Of a DNA stretch of 64,000 nucleotides, positions 11,455 to 23,997 are shown piece by piece. The DNA is taken from positions 304,296,001-304,360,000 of the forward strand of contig NC_091979.1 in NCBI RefSeq assembly GCF_044704955.1. The letters are read 5' to 3'. Every line of letters starts with the position of its first letter. Position 1 is the stretch's first letter. Both the position numbers and the translations under genes were made by a program. The notes beneath the pieces are model-generated. The model saw nothing but the letters and a program-made list of their open reading frames with translations, was not told the origin of the DNA and ran no database searches. Origin of the DNA: Pristiophorus japonicus. Lineage: Eukaryota.

Positions 11455-11995
11455 GGTGGGGGTTGTAGGCCGGGGCCACTACAGGGAGCAGCGTGCAGTG
11501 GCATACCACTGCAGAGAGCAGCGCGTGCGCTGCAGGAAGGCGATGGCTGCGAAGTCCGGTCGCTGACTGCAGTGCGGGCAGGCACAGCAGGAGGGGCGAA
11601 GGAGCGGCAAGAGTTTGTGGAAGGAAGTGACCAGGGCCCAGGAGAGGCGTGAGTTTGGGGCTCAGAAGAGGCGAGGGCCCAGGGGCAGCACGGGCCAGCC
11701 CACACTGCGATGTGTGCGGCGCTCGGTCTGTGCAGCTGAGCTGGTCTCCAGTCATCTTGGGTAATCCTTGCCATTGGACCAAGACCTAGCTCTGTCACGC
11801 CCATCTGGTGGCTGGTGTGCAACGACCACCACGCGTTAAAGAAATTCACGTACCGGGAACTTCCACCCCTTCCAGATGTAGTTTGGGACCTGGAATATTA
11901 GGTCCTTCATTGAAACACCTGTGAACTCATCCCTTTTTGGTGTGGAAGGGATGAGTTCACAGGTGTTTCAATGAAAGGGACCGCCGATGATGATG
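11455..11995 (+). mobile_element. Non-autonomous RTE-tailed element (bipartite RTE/SINE-like)
   Basis: GC-rich non-coding body; ends GTGGAAG...AGGGACCGCCGATGATGAT like the RTE tail at 30140-30193; 5' boundary approximate. Confidence 0.7.
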
Positions 11996-12070
11996 TAAGG
12001 TCACTGAAGACCATGTACAAGGGTTGGTGCTGTTCCCTGCATTTCTCTTGCAGTTGTCACGCCATAAAGA
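11996..12070 (-). mobile_element. Continuation of the RTE LINE at 8718-10067
   Basis: Encodes QLQEKCREQHQPLYM, which lies immediately N-terminal of DLTKAFD; TGTAAGGT is duplicated. Confidence 0.85.
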
Positions 12071-12608
12071 AAATATAACAACTACACTACCGCCATTTGA
12101 ATATTGGGGTCAAGGGATGCCTGTTAGGCCTAGGCTCACAGTGTCCTGGTTGGGCATATGTTGGGAGGTGTTATCACATAACATAATGGTTTAAGGACTG
12201 AACTACTCAAAACTCGATTACTCACAGTGCCAGGTACACAATAAGCTGGTGGAGGGACTATAGAGTCTCTAGGACTGCATTGAGAAGCTGATAAGATAAA
12301 TCTGATTCACTGTTCCATATTCGTTGTAAGAATTCCTTACATCTCCCCCGGTTGTTTGCAGCACTGTCTGGGAGATTAACCTCAGAATCCTGGTGACTCT
12401 GGAACAATCTGGGAGGGTCAGTAACCGGACATCCACAGAATGTCGCCTCGCACTGGGCTCAAAGGATAACGGCCAGCCACAGTAAAACTCTGTGACAACA
12501 AGCCCCGCCCCTTCTCCTCCTCCCCACCACGCCCCAGTCTGCCACGACTACCCGGCAGAAATTCAGCTGGGGTCAGGGGGGGCATCGCCATGAAGAGAGA
12601 GTCCCAAC

Positions 12609-12893
12609 TATTGTGTCTGTAAGCACTCTAGTAATGACTCCACGAGGTAAGGTATTGCACTTGAACTGTTGTGACCTTAGTCCATTTATTGCAGCTCCTG
12701 AATGAGGGTACAGTATGGTGAGCTCACTTTTATACCTGGTTACCTGTTGTGTACAGGTGACCCCTAGGTCTCCACCAGTTGCACCCTCTGGTGGTACAGG
12801 CATAGTGTATGCAGTGTGAAGATACATTCAGTGGTCTTATGTAACTGTATATTGAGTGTACAGGGTATATACATATATTATACATGCACAACA
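12609..12893 (-). mobile_element. Solo LTR
   Basis: Ends TATTGTG...CACAACA, 5-bp TSD CCAAC; minus-strand TATAAAA and AATAAA; homologous to 35616-35919. Confidence 0.8.
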
Positions 12894-15043
12894 CCAACCT
12901 GCTGTCTCGCCCAAGGGAGGTCATAAGCACTGGGCTGTAATGTGACAAAGCCAGCATCAGTCCTGTTCGAAGCTAGCTTCCAGCTATCGAGCCGGGTGAT
13001 ATAAATTTGTGGGATGCAAGGAGAAAATAATTTATTTTTTTTGCGCAGTTATTTCGTAACACTGTACAAAACAAACTGTGCACCTGAAGGCAACTAAGTG
13101 AGCTTGGAGGGGAAAAAAAATAATATTACAAAGAAAATATTAAGAGTTTATTTAAAGTAATATACAAACTCTCCACTGGATCTTTTGTTAGCTCACCCAA
13201 ATCTGGCTGTGCTGTTATAGTCTTGTGGCAAACTTAGCATTAAAAGGTGAGGCAACTATATCAATACTCCTGGCACTATGAGCACAGAAATAGTAAGCAC
13301 GGTTAAGCTGAAAGATGAGATCATGTTCAGAGAAACAGAAAAAACCCCAACTAGATGTATAATTAGAAAAAGCAGAATACTCATTTTCTAAGTAATTATG
13401 GAAACACTTCAAAACACACAGAACCCTTTGTAATGTATTTCGCTTGGCTAGAATCCCAAGTTTAACTTGATGCTGCGAAGACTAAATATCTTTGGAGTGT
13501 AAGCTTTCCTTCAAGTCTGTACAGCTTTGTAGCAAGACTATAATTAAATGCAATTCAAAAATTACTTATATAGCAAAAAAAAAGTGCAGTACAGTTTGAG
13601 TAGCCCCTCCCAGCTCCCATGTTCTCTATTAAACGAGTTCTAGGAGCAGTCCTTAAAGCTGGAGTATTTAGTTTCAGTTTTATCTAGTCTTGGGCATAGC
13701 ATCTGCTGTCCATGTTAAAGAATGGTCTTGTCGGTTTATGTCTTTGATGAATTGTTGAAAGAAAAGTATAAAGTGACTCTGCAAACACTACATGGAAAAC
13801 ATTCATTTCAATCACAAAATATTCATTATGACCTGATTCAAATTGCCCATAATAACACAGTTTAAACTCAAAATAGTTAAAAAGCTCCGAAGTGGTTGAA
13901 TATTTGTTTTAATATAAAGACTGGTCAGCTTAGGTAAAACGGAGTCTTGTTGACAATTCGTATTATCGCAGGGTCAACAAACATATGACAATGTTTTGCA
14001 AAAAGTGCTGAACTGGTTGTTTAAAAACCATGATTTTTCATCAGTCTGGATCAAATCACATGACTTTTATGGTTAGACAGGAAACCTTTGCCCATCTTAA
14101 ATGAATGATCTCAGTTCCCACATCAGATGCAGAGTGTTCTTTTGAATAAATGCCACTAATTATGTTGCCTCAAGTTCACTTTTGGTTCTCCCCGCTAGGC
14201 CCCCTTCCCCCCCCACCCAGAAAACAAAAAGCAAGGCGCAAGTTACATATGATTCAGATGTTATTTTGGTCTTTTGTGATTAAGTGGTAAGAGATACCAA
14301 GAAATGATCCCTGGGCAAGGGGGGTGGAGGGGAGGGAAATGAGTTATTATTCAAAGGTGGTACATCAAGCGACTTGTATCAGAAGCACAGTTATAAACGT
14401 GGTTACTAAAAGAAAATGCTTCACATTCTAATAACATTCTTAATTAATCCACAGCATGAAATGTTTTCGCTGAATTCCTAGCCTACCAGATCATGTAACT
14501 AGGACTTGAAGCTTTGGGGTTTCCAGAAAGTAGGATATAAGCAAGCAGTGGTCTCCATTTATATTGCCTTTTGTCAAGGCCCTGCTGGTTACAGATGCAG
14601 CATTAATCACAAAAGGAGGACAAGAATCCTGTACAGGCTGGACTCAACTTTAATTTAGTTTTTGTTTAAAAAAGAAGCTTAAATAGAATTTTTATTGCAA
14701 GTGACGTTTGTTCCTGGAGCCACGCTGGCTCCAAACTCCCATTAAAAGTTACATTTTAGCTGGGCACTGCATTCTTGTCTGCACTAGCATTATATACAAG
14801 GGGATTGTTTTTTCAACTTTCATCTATTTGTCAAAAATATGATACAGCTGACTTTGCCTCCGCTTGTGTGAATATTGGATGAGAACATTTCTGTGAATTG
14901 ACAATCTAAAACCGTTTCCAACCCCACACCTGTCAAATGGATCATTTTAACCATTTTTGTTTTGTTCCAGACATCCCAGATTGCAAAAGTTATCTTTCGT
15001 ACAATGCTGCGCCTGCTTTATGGTATTTCTAAAACCCACTGTT

Positions 15044-15447
15044 AGCCTTGGCTCAGTTGGTAGCTCTGAGTCAGAAGATTGTGGGTTCAAGTTCCACTCA
15101 AGAGACATAATCTAGGCTAACACTCCAGTGCTGTACTGAGGTACTGTCTGTCGGGTGAGATGCTAAACCATCTGCCTTCTCAGGTGGACATCAAAGATCT
15201 CATGGCACTACTTCGAAGAACAGCAGGCGAGTTCTCCCCTGTCCAATATTTATCGCTCAACCAACATCACTAACAGATTATCTGGTCATTAACTCATTAT
15301 TGTTTGTGGGAGCTTGCTGTGCTCAAATTGGCTGCCGTGTTTCCCTCATTACAACAGTGACTTCACTTCAAAAGTAATTCATTCCTATAAAGTGTTTAGG
15401 GATGCCCTGAGGTGAAAGGCGCTATATAAATGCAAGTTCTTTCTTTC
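15044..15447 (+). mobile_element. DeuSINE (SacSINE1/AmnSINE1-like), near full length
   Basis: tRNA-like A box TGGCTCAGTTGG and B box GGTTCAAGTTCC, body, GGCGCTATATAAATGCAAG tail. Confidence 0.85.
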
Positions 15448-16079
15448 GTTGAATTGGGTTCATTGATGATTCCCAACAGTGTGACAGAAACTACGTGCGT
15501 ACATTGTGCAGCTCTGCTGCTAGGTTGGAGTAGATGCCTTGTGAGGCACATGCATGGCAACGATGAGTCGGAGCTACTACATTGTAACCCTATCGCCGAC
15601 CTCCATTCGCATCAGGTGAGAGCGAGGCTCGGCACCTGCAGAGAACTCTTGCAGTTACTGCCTTTACATTTCAGAAGTTTTCCCATTACAACTGGAAGTG
15701 TGCATCAGATTGTGTAACAGAAAGCTCTTAAATGAACACAAACCTTGCTTCCTGTTATCATGTTTTTTTTGGCTATATTTTTCTGTCAGTATTTAACATT
15801 GTAAACTGCTGTCAACAGTCACGGTGCAATTACAGGTGTTGGCCACTAGGCGTCTCTGCATGGCAAATTTGTGAAGTCTGTCTGCTGTGTTGCATATTAA
15901 CAACATACTTATATTATTAATGAAGTGCAGTCATATAGGAAAATGCACGGCGGGATCCTACAAAACAGCAATAAGACATATTACCTATTAATTTTTCTGA
16001 TGTTGGATTGGACACCAGGAGGATGCCCTGCTCTTGCCCAAACAGCGCTGAAGGATTTTCAACAGCTGACAAACCCTCC

Positions 16080-16302
16080 ACACCCTGGAATTCCCTCCTA
16101 AACCACCTCTTTCTCTCCATTTCCCTATTTCCCTATTTCCCTCTTCTCCTTTAAGACCCTCCGTAAAATCTGGCTTTTTTCTGACCAAGTGTTTGATCAC
16201 TCCTCCGAAAATCTCCTCCATGCTTATTTTGATTACACCTCTGTGAAGTGCTTTGGGAGGTTTTTCTATGTTAAAGGCCCTATATGAATGCAAGTTGTTG
16301 TC
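16080..16302 (+). mobile_element. L2-type LINE 3' fragment
   Basis: TGGAATTCCCTCCTAAACC...; tail CTATATGAATGCAAGTTGTTG. Confidence 0.6.
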
Positions 16303-16765
16303 CACATGTACTACAAGTTAAGATCTCGCCCAAGGAACAGTACCTCTGACAACGGTACCTCCCTCAATACTGCGCAGAAGTGTCAGACTGCATTAAGTGC
16401 TGAAATGCTGGAGCGGGGCTTGAACCAATGACCTTCTGAATTAGATGCTATTGCTGCACAAGTCCCGAAAAGCCAGAAGTAAAATGAATCTCAAAATATT
16501 TCATGCCTCTATGAATGCTCAGAGATTGGCCTTTTTGCATTGTGCTCAATACCTTAGTAATCACACACGCACGTGCTTGGAGGTGCTCTCACCCTCCCAC
16601 ACATACACACCTCTCTGCAAGGTGAGCTCTTTTACAAGTGATAATGCAATAAACCGCAAGTTTAGAAGCTGAAGTAAAGATCAGCCATAATCTAATAGAA
16701 TGGCAGAGCAGGTTTGACGGGCTGAATGGCCTCCTCTGATTTTTATGGTCCTAATTTGACACATT

Positions 16766-17479
16766 GGCCCTGAAATTCCGGCCTCCCCGGGTCCATACGG
16801 AGTGTGCACGCAATGCGCATGCGCCGAAAACCAGCTTTTCCGATCCGTCAAGTTTCTGGCTTGACAGATCTTCCGCGCCTCGGGGAGAAGGACACTCCCA
16901 CGGCAGAGATTGGGCTATTTGCCCATCTCTTGCCCTGCGAATGTCCTTAAAACTCTTGCGCCTGGTAAAAGCAGGCGCATAGTCTATTTTTACCAATGTA
17001 AGAGTTTTAAAACATATCAAAAACATTAAAAAACATTTTAGAACACATATTTATGTTAAAAACCCTGTCCACTCAGGTAATTTTATTTTAAACCATAATT
17101 AAAACTTTTTTTTTTAAATCGGCAAATTTTTTTTTCAAAAACATTTCTATCAACTTTAATTTTTATAATGTATTTTTGTGAGGTGCTTTTTTATTTTTTA
17201 ATGTAGTGTTTGGGGGTGTTTCTCATTCATAATAATAGGAGTTTCGGACTTACGAAACTCCTATTACTATGAATGAGAAAACACTTTACCGTGATTGGGT
17301 GTCCAGGCCCACGTGACTCCTACGGATGTCCCAACGTGAACGCGCTCCGTTGCATAGGGAGAGGAGGCGGCCTCGAGTCCGGAATCTCTGGCGGGCGTTC
17401 GACCCAAAGTTAAGTGCGCATCTTTTCTCCTATTTTTAGTCAAACGCCCGCGGGAAGTAGTAACCGGGATTTCAGGGCC
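16766..17479 (+). mobile_element. MITE (probably Harbinger-type)
   Basis: TIR GGCCCTGAAATTCCGG / CCGGGATTTCAGGGCC; inverted homolog at 39452-40954. Confidence 0.8.
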
Positions 17480-19695
17480 ATATCTGTTCCAATAATGTAA
17501 TGGGGAAGGAGGGAGAGACACAGATACACCGTAAAAATCCCTGTCAGACGCTGGGATGCTAAGGTTAAAATGAGTTTACGGTAAACTACTCAATGACCAG
17601 GTCTGGATCACATGTTTCAAAGAATAAAACTTCAGAATCTTTTTTGTTTCGTACAGAATTTAGTGGTTTTAGATTCTGTCCCTCCTCCTCCCTCGCTTTG
17701 TCTGAATTATTAAAGGTTGAGTAGCAAGATGTATGGACTAATTGCGGAACGGGAGCTGAAGGACTATTAAGATAGCAGGGACACAGAACGTCAAACAATG
17801 GTCTATTATTTCAGCTTGAATGACATTGTAGCGCATTGAATCAACAAGCCCAGCAACCTTGTGACTAAAACTCTAACCTAATTCAATTACCGAGCAACAT
17901 TTAACTTGTGTTACCAGCACACACACACACACAAAAAATCATAAACTTAACTGAATTAAGCCAAACACAAATTAATCTTGAAATCAAACTTTCACATTAC
18001 TAATTAACCCGGACAAATATTTCAATGTGAGCTATTTTCAGGATCTGCCCTCTTAACCGGTGCAGCTGTTTGCAAAAGTCTAGTTTTATTAATAATGTAA
18101 AACCTTACACAAGCAGAAGGTAAACACTTTGTAGCCTGGCGTCTACAAAGGCTATAATGAAGAGTTGACAGATTTTGTATTTCAACTGCTTTAAGGCTGA
18201 TCTATTTTTAAAACAAAAGTTTTGACCCGCTTTGTAACAAAGTACCTGGGTGAAATTCTGTGGTGAATTGTGCGGTTTGAAAAAACATGCTGAACAGTCA
18301 ACGTGACAAAGTGACGAGGAGTGTCCGAGCAGCTCTTACTTGACTGAAATCCCTCTCTAACCTTTATTCAATTATCTCCGGATTGCTGAAAAAGAAAACC
18401 TGTTTCCCTGTTTAAAGTATTGCAAGAGGCAGTTTAAATATCTGGCAAAGCAACTCCCATCCTATAAACACACTAAATCAATTACACTTTGTGCCAAAAT
18501 TCATTACAAAAACTTTTATTCGGAGCCACTCATTTCTTTTTAAGTACCCATGCCATTATTCACAAACAGAATGATTTTTTTTTTGCAAAGGAGGACCAGG
18601 ACAAACATTGTTATAAATGGGTTATGTTATGCGTGCTTTTTGCTTTTCTATAAATAACACAGTAATCTCTTTATAATACGTTTCTGCATTGTACCACAAA
18701 GAAAAGATCTTGTATTATTTTCTGAGAACTGAATAGCTTTGTATCGAAGCCTAAATCAATGTTTGTGCTCCGCAGTTACAGCTGAATGCCAAATAACTAT
18801 TCCAAGAAAATTTACAACATATGGCTCTTTTATTGCGGCATGTAACATAAAACACTAAAACAAATGATCTTTCTTGATTAAAACTCCACTAAGTAATAAC
18901 AGAATAATACATTCCTCCTTCTGTGCATATGAAATAAGACACTAAGTATTGAACATTAAGTACATGAACAAATTGCATTTATAACATTTTTCTTTTAAGA
19001 AATCACTTATTAAATTCCAACGGTAAGGCTTCCCCCACCACTAACCCCCTCCCCCCAACCAACCAATGATATAAAGGCGCACTTGATAAAATACCATCCT
19101 ATCGTAAATATAACTAGTGACTGCAGAGTATCGGTCTTTATGGTGTCAATATTTCTGCAAGACGGATTTCATGACAGAATTGTGCAAATAACTCAATTTA
19201 TACGCCAGTTAAATGCCAGAGGAATTCTGGGAAGTGCTGGAAAAATTCGCATTTTGCTTCTTTGAACTTATGTCTGAACATGTGACAATCCCATGATCTG
19301 AGCGCTGTGCCAGAAGAAAGGATTGACCAGACGAGAGCTTGACCTTCTATCTAAATACCTCAACCCTTAATTAAAAAACCCGGGGTGTGTTTGTAGTCCG
19401 AGGCTCAGTCTGTCACCCAGCATTGCAGCACTTAATCATGGGCAGCGTATGATGAATAACTTTCCCAATAATGAGATCTGAAGGATGTATTTAGAGGAAT
19501 CGCATAATGTAGTAGCCAGATAACCAATGCAAAGTTTATATTCGTAAAGAATGAACTGCTTTGTATTGATGAGATAAGCGGATGGTTCTGATTATCAGAT
19601 CTTGTCAGCCACAAGCTTGAATAAAGCGAATGCTCATTACTTTTCTGTCATTGATTCTGCAATTTATGAGCTTTAAACCACAATCCGTACCAGAG

Positions 19696-22270
19696 TCATC
19701 ATCATAGGCAGTCCCTCGGAGTCGAGGATGACTTGCTTCCACTCTAAAAGTGAGTTCTCAGGTGACTGTACAGTCTAATGTGGGGCCTACAGTCTGTGTC
19801 ACAGGTGGGGCAAGGGTGGGTGGGGAGCCTGGCTTGCCGCACGCTCCTTCTGCTGTCTACGCTTGGTTTCTGCTTGTCCTCGACAATGGGACTCAAGATG
19901 CTCAGCGTCCTCCCGGATGCTCTTCCTCCACTTTAGGCGGTCTTGGGCCAGGGACTTCCCAGGTGTCGGTGGGGATTTTGCACTTTATCAAGGAGGCTTT
20001 GAGGGTGTCCTTGAAGCATTTCCTCTGCCCACCTGGGGCTCTTTTGCCGTGTCGAAGCTCCACATGGAGCGCTTGCTTTGGCAGTCTCGTGTCGGGCATG
20101 TGGACGATGTGACCCGCCCAACGGAGCTGATCAAGCGTGGTCAATGCTTCGATGCTGGGGCTGTTGGCCTCAGCGAGAACACCGATGTTGGTGTATCTAT
20201 CCTGCCAATGGATTTACAGGATCTTGCGGAGGCAGCGTTGGTGGTATTTCTCCAGTGCTTTGAGGTGCCTGCTGTATATAGTCTACGTCTCTGATTCATA
20301 TAAGAGGGCGGGTATCACTACTGCCCTATAGACCATAAGCTTACTGCTGGATTTGAGGTCCTGGTCTTCAAACATACGAAGCTATACCAGGTATTGGTGA
20401 GGCCACACCTGGAATACTGCATGCAGTTTTGGTTTGCATATTTATGAAAGGATATACGTGCTTTGGAGGCAGTTCAGAGAAGGTTCACTAGGCTGATTCC
20501 GGGGATGAGGGGGTTGACTTATGAGGAAAGTTTGAGTAGATTGGGCCTCTACTCATTGGAGTTCAGAAGAATGAGAGGTGATCTTATCGAAACATGTAAG
20601 ATTATGAGGGGGCTTGACAAGGTGGATGCAGAGAGGATGTTTCCACTGATTGGGGAGACTAGAACTAGAGGGCATGATCTTAGAATAACAGAGATGAGGA
20701 GGAATTTCTTCTGTGAGAGGGTTGTAAATGTGGAATTTGCTGCCTCGCAGAGCTGTGAAAGCTGGGACATTGAATAAATTTAAGACAGAAATAGACAGTT
20801 TCTTGAGCGATAAGGGGATAAGGGGTTATGGGGAGCAGGCAGGGAAGTGGAGTTGAGTCCATGATCAGATCAGCCATGATCTTATTGAATGGCGGAGCAG
20901 GCTCGAGGGGCCGTATGGCCTACTCATGTTCTTATGTAAACACTCTCTTCCTCAGGCGACCGAAGGCTGCACTGGCGCACTGACCTCGTTGTCAATGTCT
21001 GCTCTTGCTGACAGTAGGCTCCTGAGGTATGGGAAATGATCCACATTATCCAAGGCCTCATTGTGGGTTCTGATAATCGGGGGGCAGTGCTGTGTGGTGG
21101 GGTCAGGTTGGTAGAGTGTGCTTAGCGCAAGGCCCATGCTCGCGTACGCCTCGGTAAAGGTGTTGATAATGATTTGGAGTACGGCCTCCGATTGTGCGCA
21201 GATGGAAGCGTCGTCTGCATACTGTAGTTCAATGACAGAGGATGGGACGACTTTGGATCTGACTGACCTGGAGGCGGCAGAGGTTGAACAGATTCCCATT
21301 TGTTCTATAATTTAGCTCCACTCCAGCAGGGAGCTTGCTGAGGGTGAGATGAAGCATTGCAGCAAGGAAGATCGAAAAGAGCGTTGGCGCGATGACACAG
21401 CCCTGCTTGACCCCGGTCCAGACGTGGATTGGGTCTGTGGTGGATCCATTGGTCAGGATCACAGCTTGTATGTCGTCGTGGAGCAAACAGAGGATGGTGA
21501 AAAACTTTTGAGGGCAGCCGAAACAGAGGAGGATGCTCCTTAATGCCTCACCGTTGACAGTGTCAAAGGCTTTTGTGAGGTCAAAGGCGGCCATGTACAA
21601 GAGTTGGTGCTGTTCCCTACATTTCTCTTGTAGTTGTCGCGCGGTGAAGATCATGTCCGTTGTACCCTCAATGGACGGAATCTGCATTGCGACTCTCGGA
21701 GGAGCTCTTCAGCCACAGGGAGAAGACGATTGAGGAGGATTCTTGCAATGACTTTCCCTGTGTCCGACAGCAGGGAGATTCCTCTGTAGTTACCTCAGTC
21801 AGACTTGTCCTCTTTTTTGAAGATGGTCACGATTAAGGTATTTCTGAGACCTTCTGGCATGCTCTCCTCCTTCCAGATAAGAGAAATGAGGTCATGTATT
21901 TTGCCAATAGTGCTTCTCCGCCACGTTTCAGTGCTTCGGCGGGAATTCCATCTGCTCCTGTTGCCTTGTTATTCTTCAGCTGACAGATGGCCTTTTCTAC
22001 CTCGTGCAGGGCTGGGGTTGTGCTGAGATGGTGGCGGGTAGCATGCTGCGGGATGGAGTCGAGGACACTCGCGTCGAAGGCAGTCTCTGTTAAGGAGATC
22101 TTCGAAATGCTCATTCCAACGGGCACTGACTGCCCCTCTGTCCTTGATGGGTACCTCACCGTTCTTGACCCTCAGTGGCCTTGGGTGGTTGAGCCGTAAG
22201 TGGTCTTGACTGAGCTGAAGAATCCACGTACATCGTGGTTGTCGGTTAACTGTTGGATCTTCTGTGCTAT
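19696..22270 (-). mobile_element. RTE LINE, degraded, interrupted by a CR1
   Basis: GTTDMIFTARQLQEKCREQ, FDLTKAFD and ELQYADD motifs; (GAT)n tail at 19696. Confidence 0.9.
20375..20937 (+). mobile_element. CR1 LINE 3' fragment nested in RTE
   Basis: LVRPHLEYC and [14 protein letters not shown]; flanked by an AAACA duplication. Confidence 0.9.
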
Positions 22271-22659
22271 GCAGTATGGGCTACGAGAGCACACGGCAAA
22301 TAACTTTTGGTGTGGCATCCAAGCCATAAGTGAAAGGTCTTCAAATGCTTTCACCAAACAAACTCCTAATACTTAGAAATATGTTATTTAGTTTGAGATA
22401 AGTGTTGGTTGCACTACATTATGCCCAGACATATTCACCGGAGAGGTAATGCTTCGAAAATAAAAGCCATAGGGATTTTTCAAGCACAGATTGGCATTGT
22501 TTCCTCTCATTTTTATTTTCGGTGCAGAGTCCCTTTAATTTTCATGCATGCGCTGTAAGTAAAAGCCAGTAAGCAGCCTGCGCGAGTCCTGCAGGCCACT
22601 CAGCTTAATGGGCACGTTGCTTGTTGGTATTTCATTCGTTGTGCATGTTCATTTAGAAA

Positions 22660-23062
22660 GAAAAGAAAAAAGTAAGAACTTGCATTTATTCATAATAGTG
22701 CCTTTTCACGATGTCCCAAAGCACTTTACAGCCACTGAAGTACTTTTGAAGTGTGGTCACTGTTGTAATGTAGGAAAAGCAGCAGCCAATTTGCATACAA
22801 GCTCCAACAAATAGCAACGTGATAATCTGTTTTTTTAGTTAAGTTGGGTGAGGGATAGTGCCCTTCTTCGAAATAGTGCCATGTGGTCTTTTACGTCCAC
22901 CTGAGAGGATACGGGGGCTCGGTTTAACATCTCATCCGAAAGATGGCACCTCAGGCAGTGCAGCACTTCCTCAGCACTGCACTGGAGTTTCAGCCTAGAG
23001 TGAGATTTGAACCCATGAGTACCTGATTCAAAGCGAGTGCACAACAGACTGAGCCAAAGGCT
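22660..23062 (-). mobile_element. DeuSINE copy
   Basis: Reverse complement of the 15044-15447 family. Confidence 0.8.
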
Positions 23063-23139
23063 CTCACCTAAAACTTATCAAAAGAGAAAAAACATTTGCA
23101 CTCGAAATATTTTGGACTTTCATTCTGAAAATTAAATTG

Positions 23140-23997
23140 CGTGCGGTTCTGGTCGCCGTATTGTAGGAAGGACATGATTGCACTGGAGAGGATACAGTGG
23201 AGATTTACTAGGATGCTGCCTGGAATAGAGAATCTTAGTTATGAGGGCAGATTGAATAGTCTGGGTTTGTTCTAATTGGAACAGAGGAGGTTGAGAGGAG
23301 ACCTTATTGAGGTGTACAAAATATTGAGGGGCCTGGACATAGTGGATAGTAAGGGCTTATTTCCATTGGTGGAGGGGTCTATTACGAGGGGGCATGGTTT
23401 TAAGATGGTTGCTGGAAGGTTTAGAGGGGATTTGAGGGGGGAGTTTCTTTACGCAGAGGGTTGTGGGGATCTGGAACTCGCTGCCTGGAAGAGTGGTGGA
23501 TGCAGAAACCCTCACCACTTTTAAGAGATGGTTGGATGGCCGTAATCTGCAAGATTACGGCCCCAGAGCTGGTAATTGGGATTAGACTGGATAACCTCTT
23601 GTTGACTGGCACAGATATAATGATAAGTACTGCAGGGAATCGAATACGGCCAGAATGATCTCCTGGACTAGTTTCGATCGCCTGGATAGGTCGGAGAGGA
23701 ATTTTCCCAGATTTTTTTCTCTAAATTGGCCTGGGTTTTTTATCTGGTTTTTGCCTCTCCCAGGAGATCATATGGCTGGGGTTGGGGTGGAGTGTAGAAT
23801 GTTTCAGTAATAAGGGTGTCGCAGTTGTGTGGGGCGGACTGGTGGGGCTGGGTGCTCTTTGCCTTTCCGTCATTGTTCATAGGTTTATATGTAACCTTCA
23901 GGACTGCTGACCGAGGGCCGTGCGGCTCTTTGTCGGCCGGCGCGGACATGATGGGCTGAAATGGCCTCCTTCTGCGCTGTAAATTTCTATGTTTCTA
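23140..23997 (+). mobile_element. CR1 LINE 3' fragment (long 3'UTR subfamily)
   Basis: EQRRLRGDLIEVYKILRGLD; TTTCTATG tail. Confidence 0.85.

Noticed and set aside
18541-18660. ATGG|GT alternative first exon of a short ARID5 isoform (also near 6845 and 24427)
   Set aside because: Weak donor, repeat context or wrong phase; no supporting evidence
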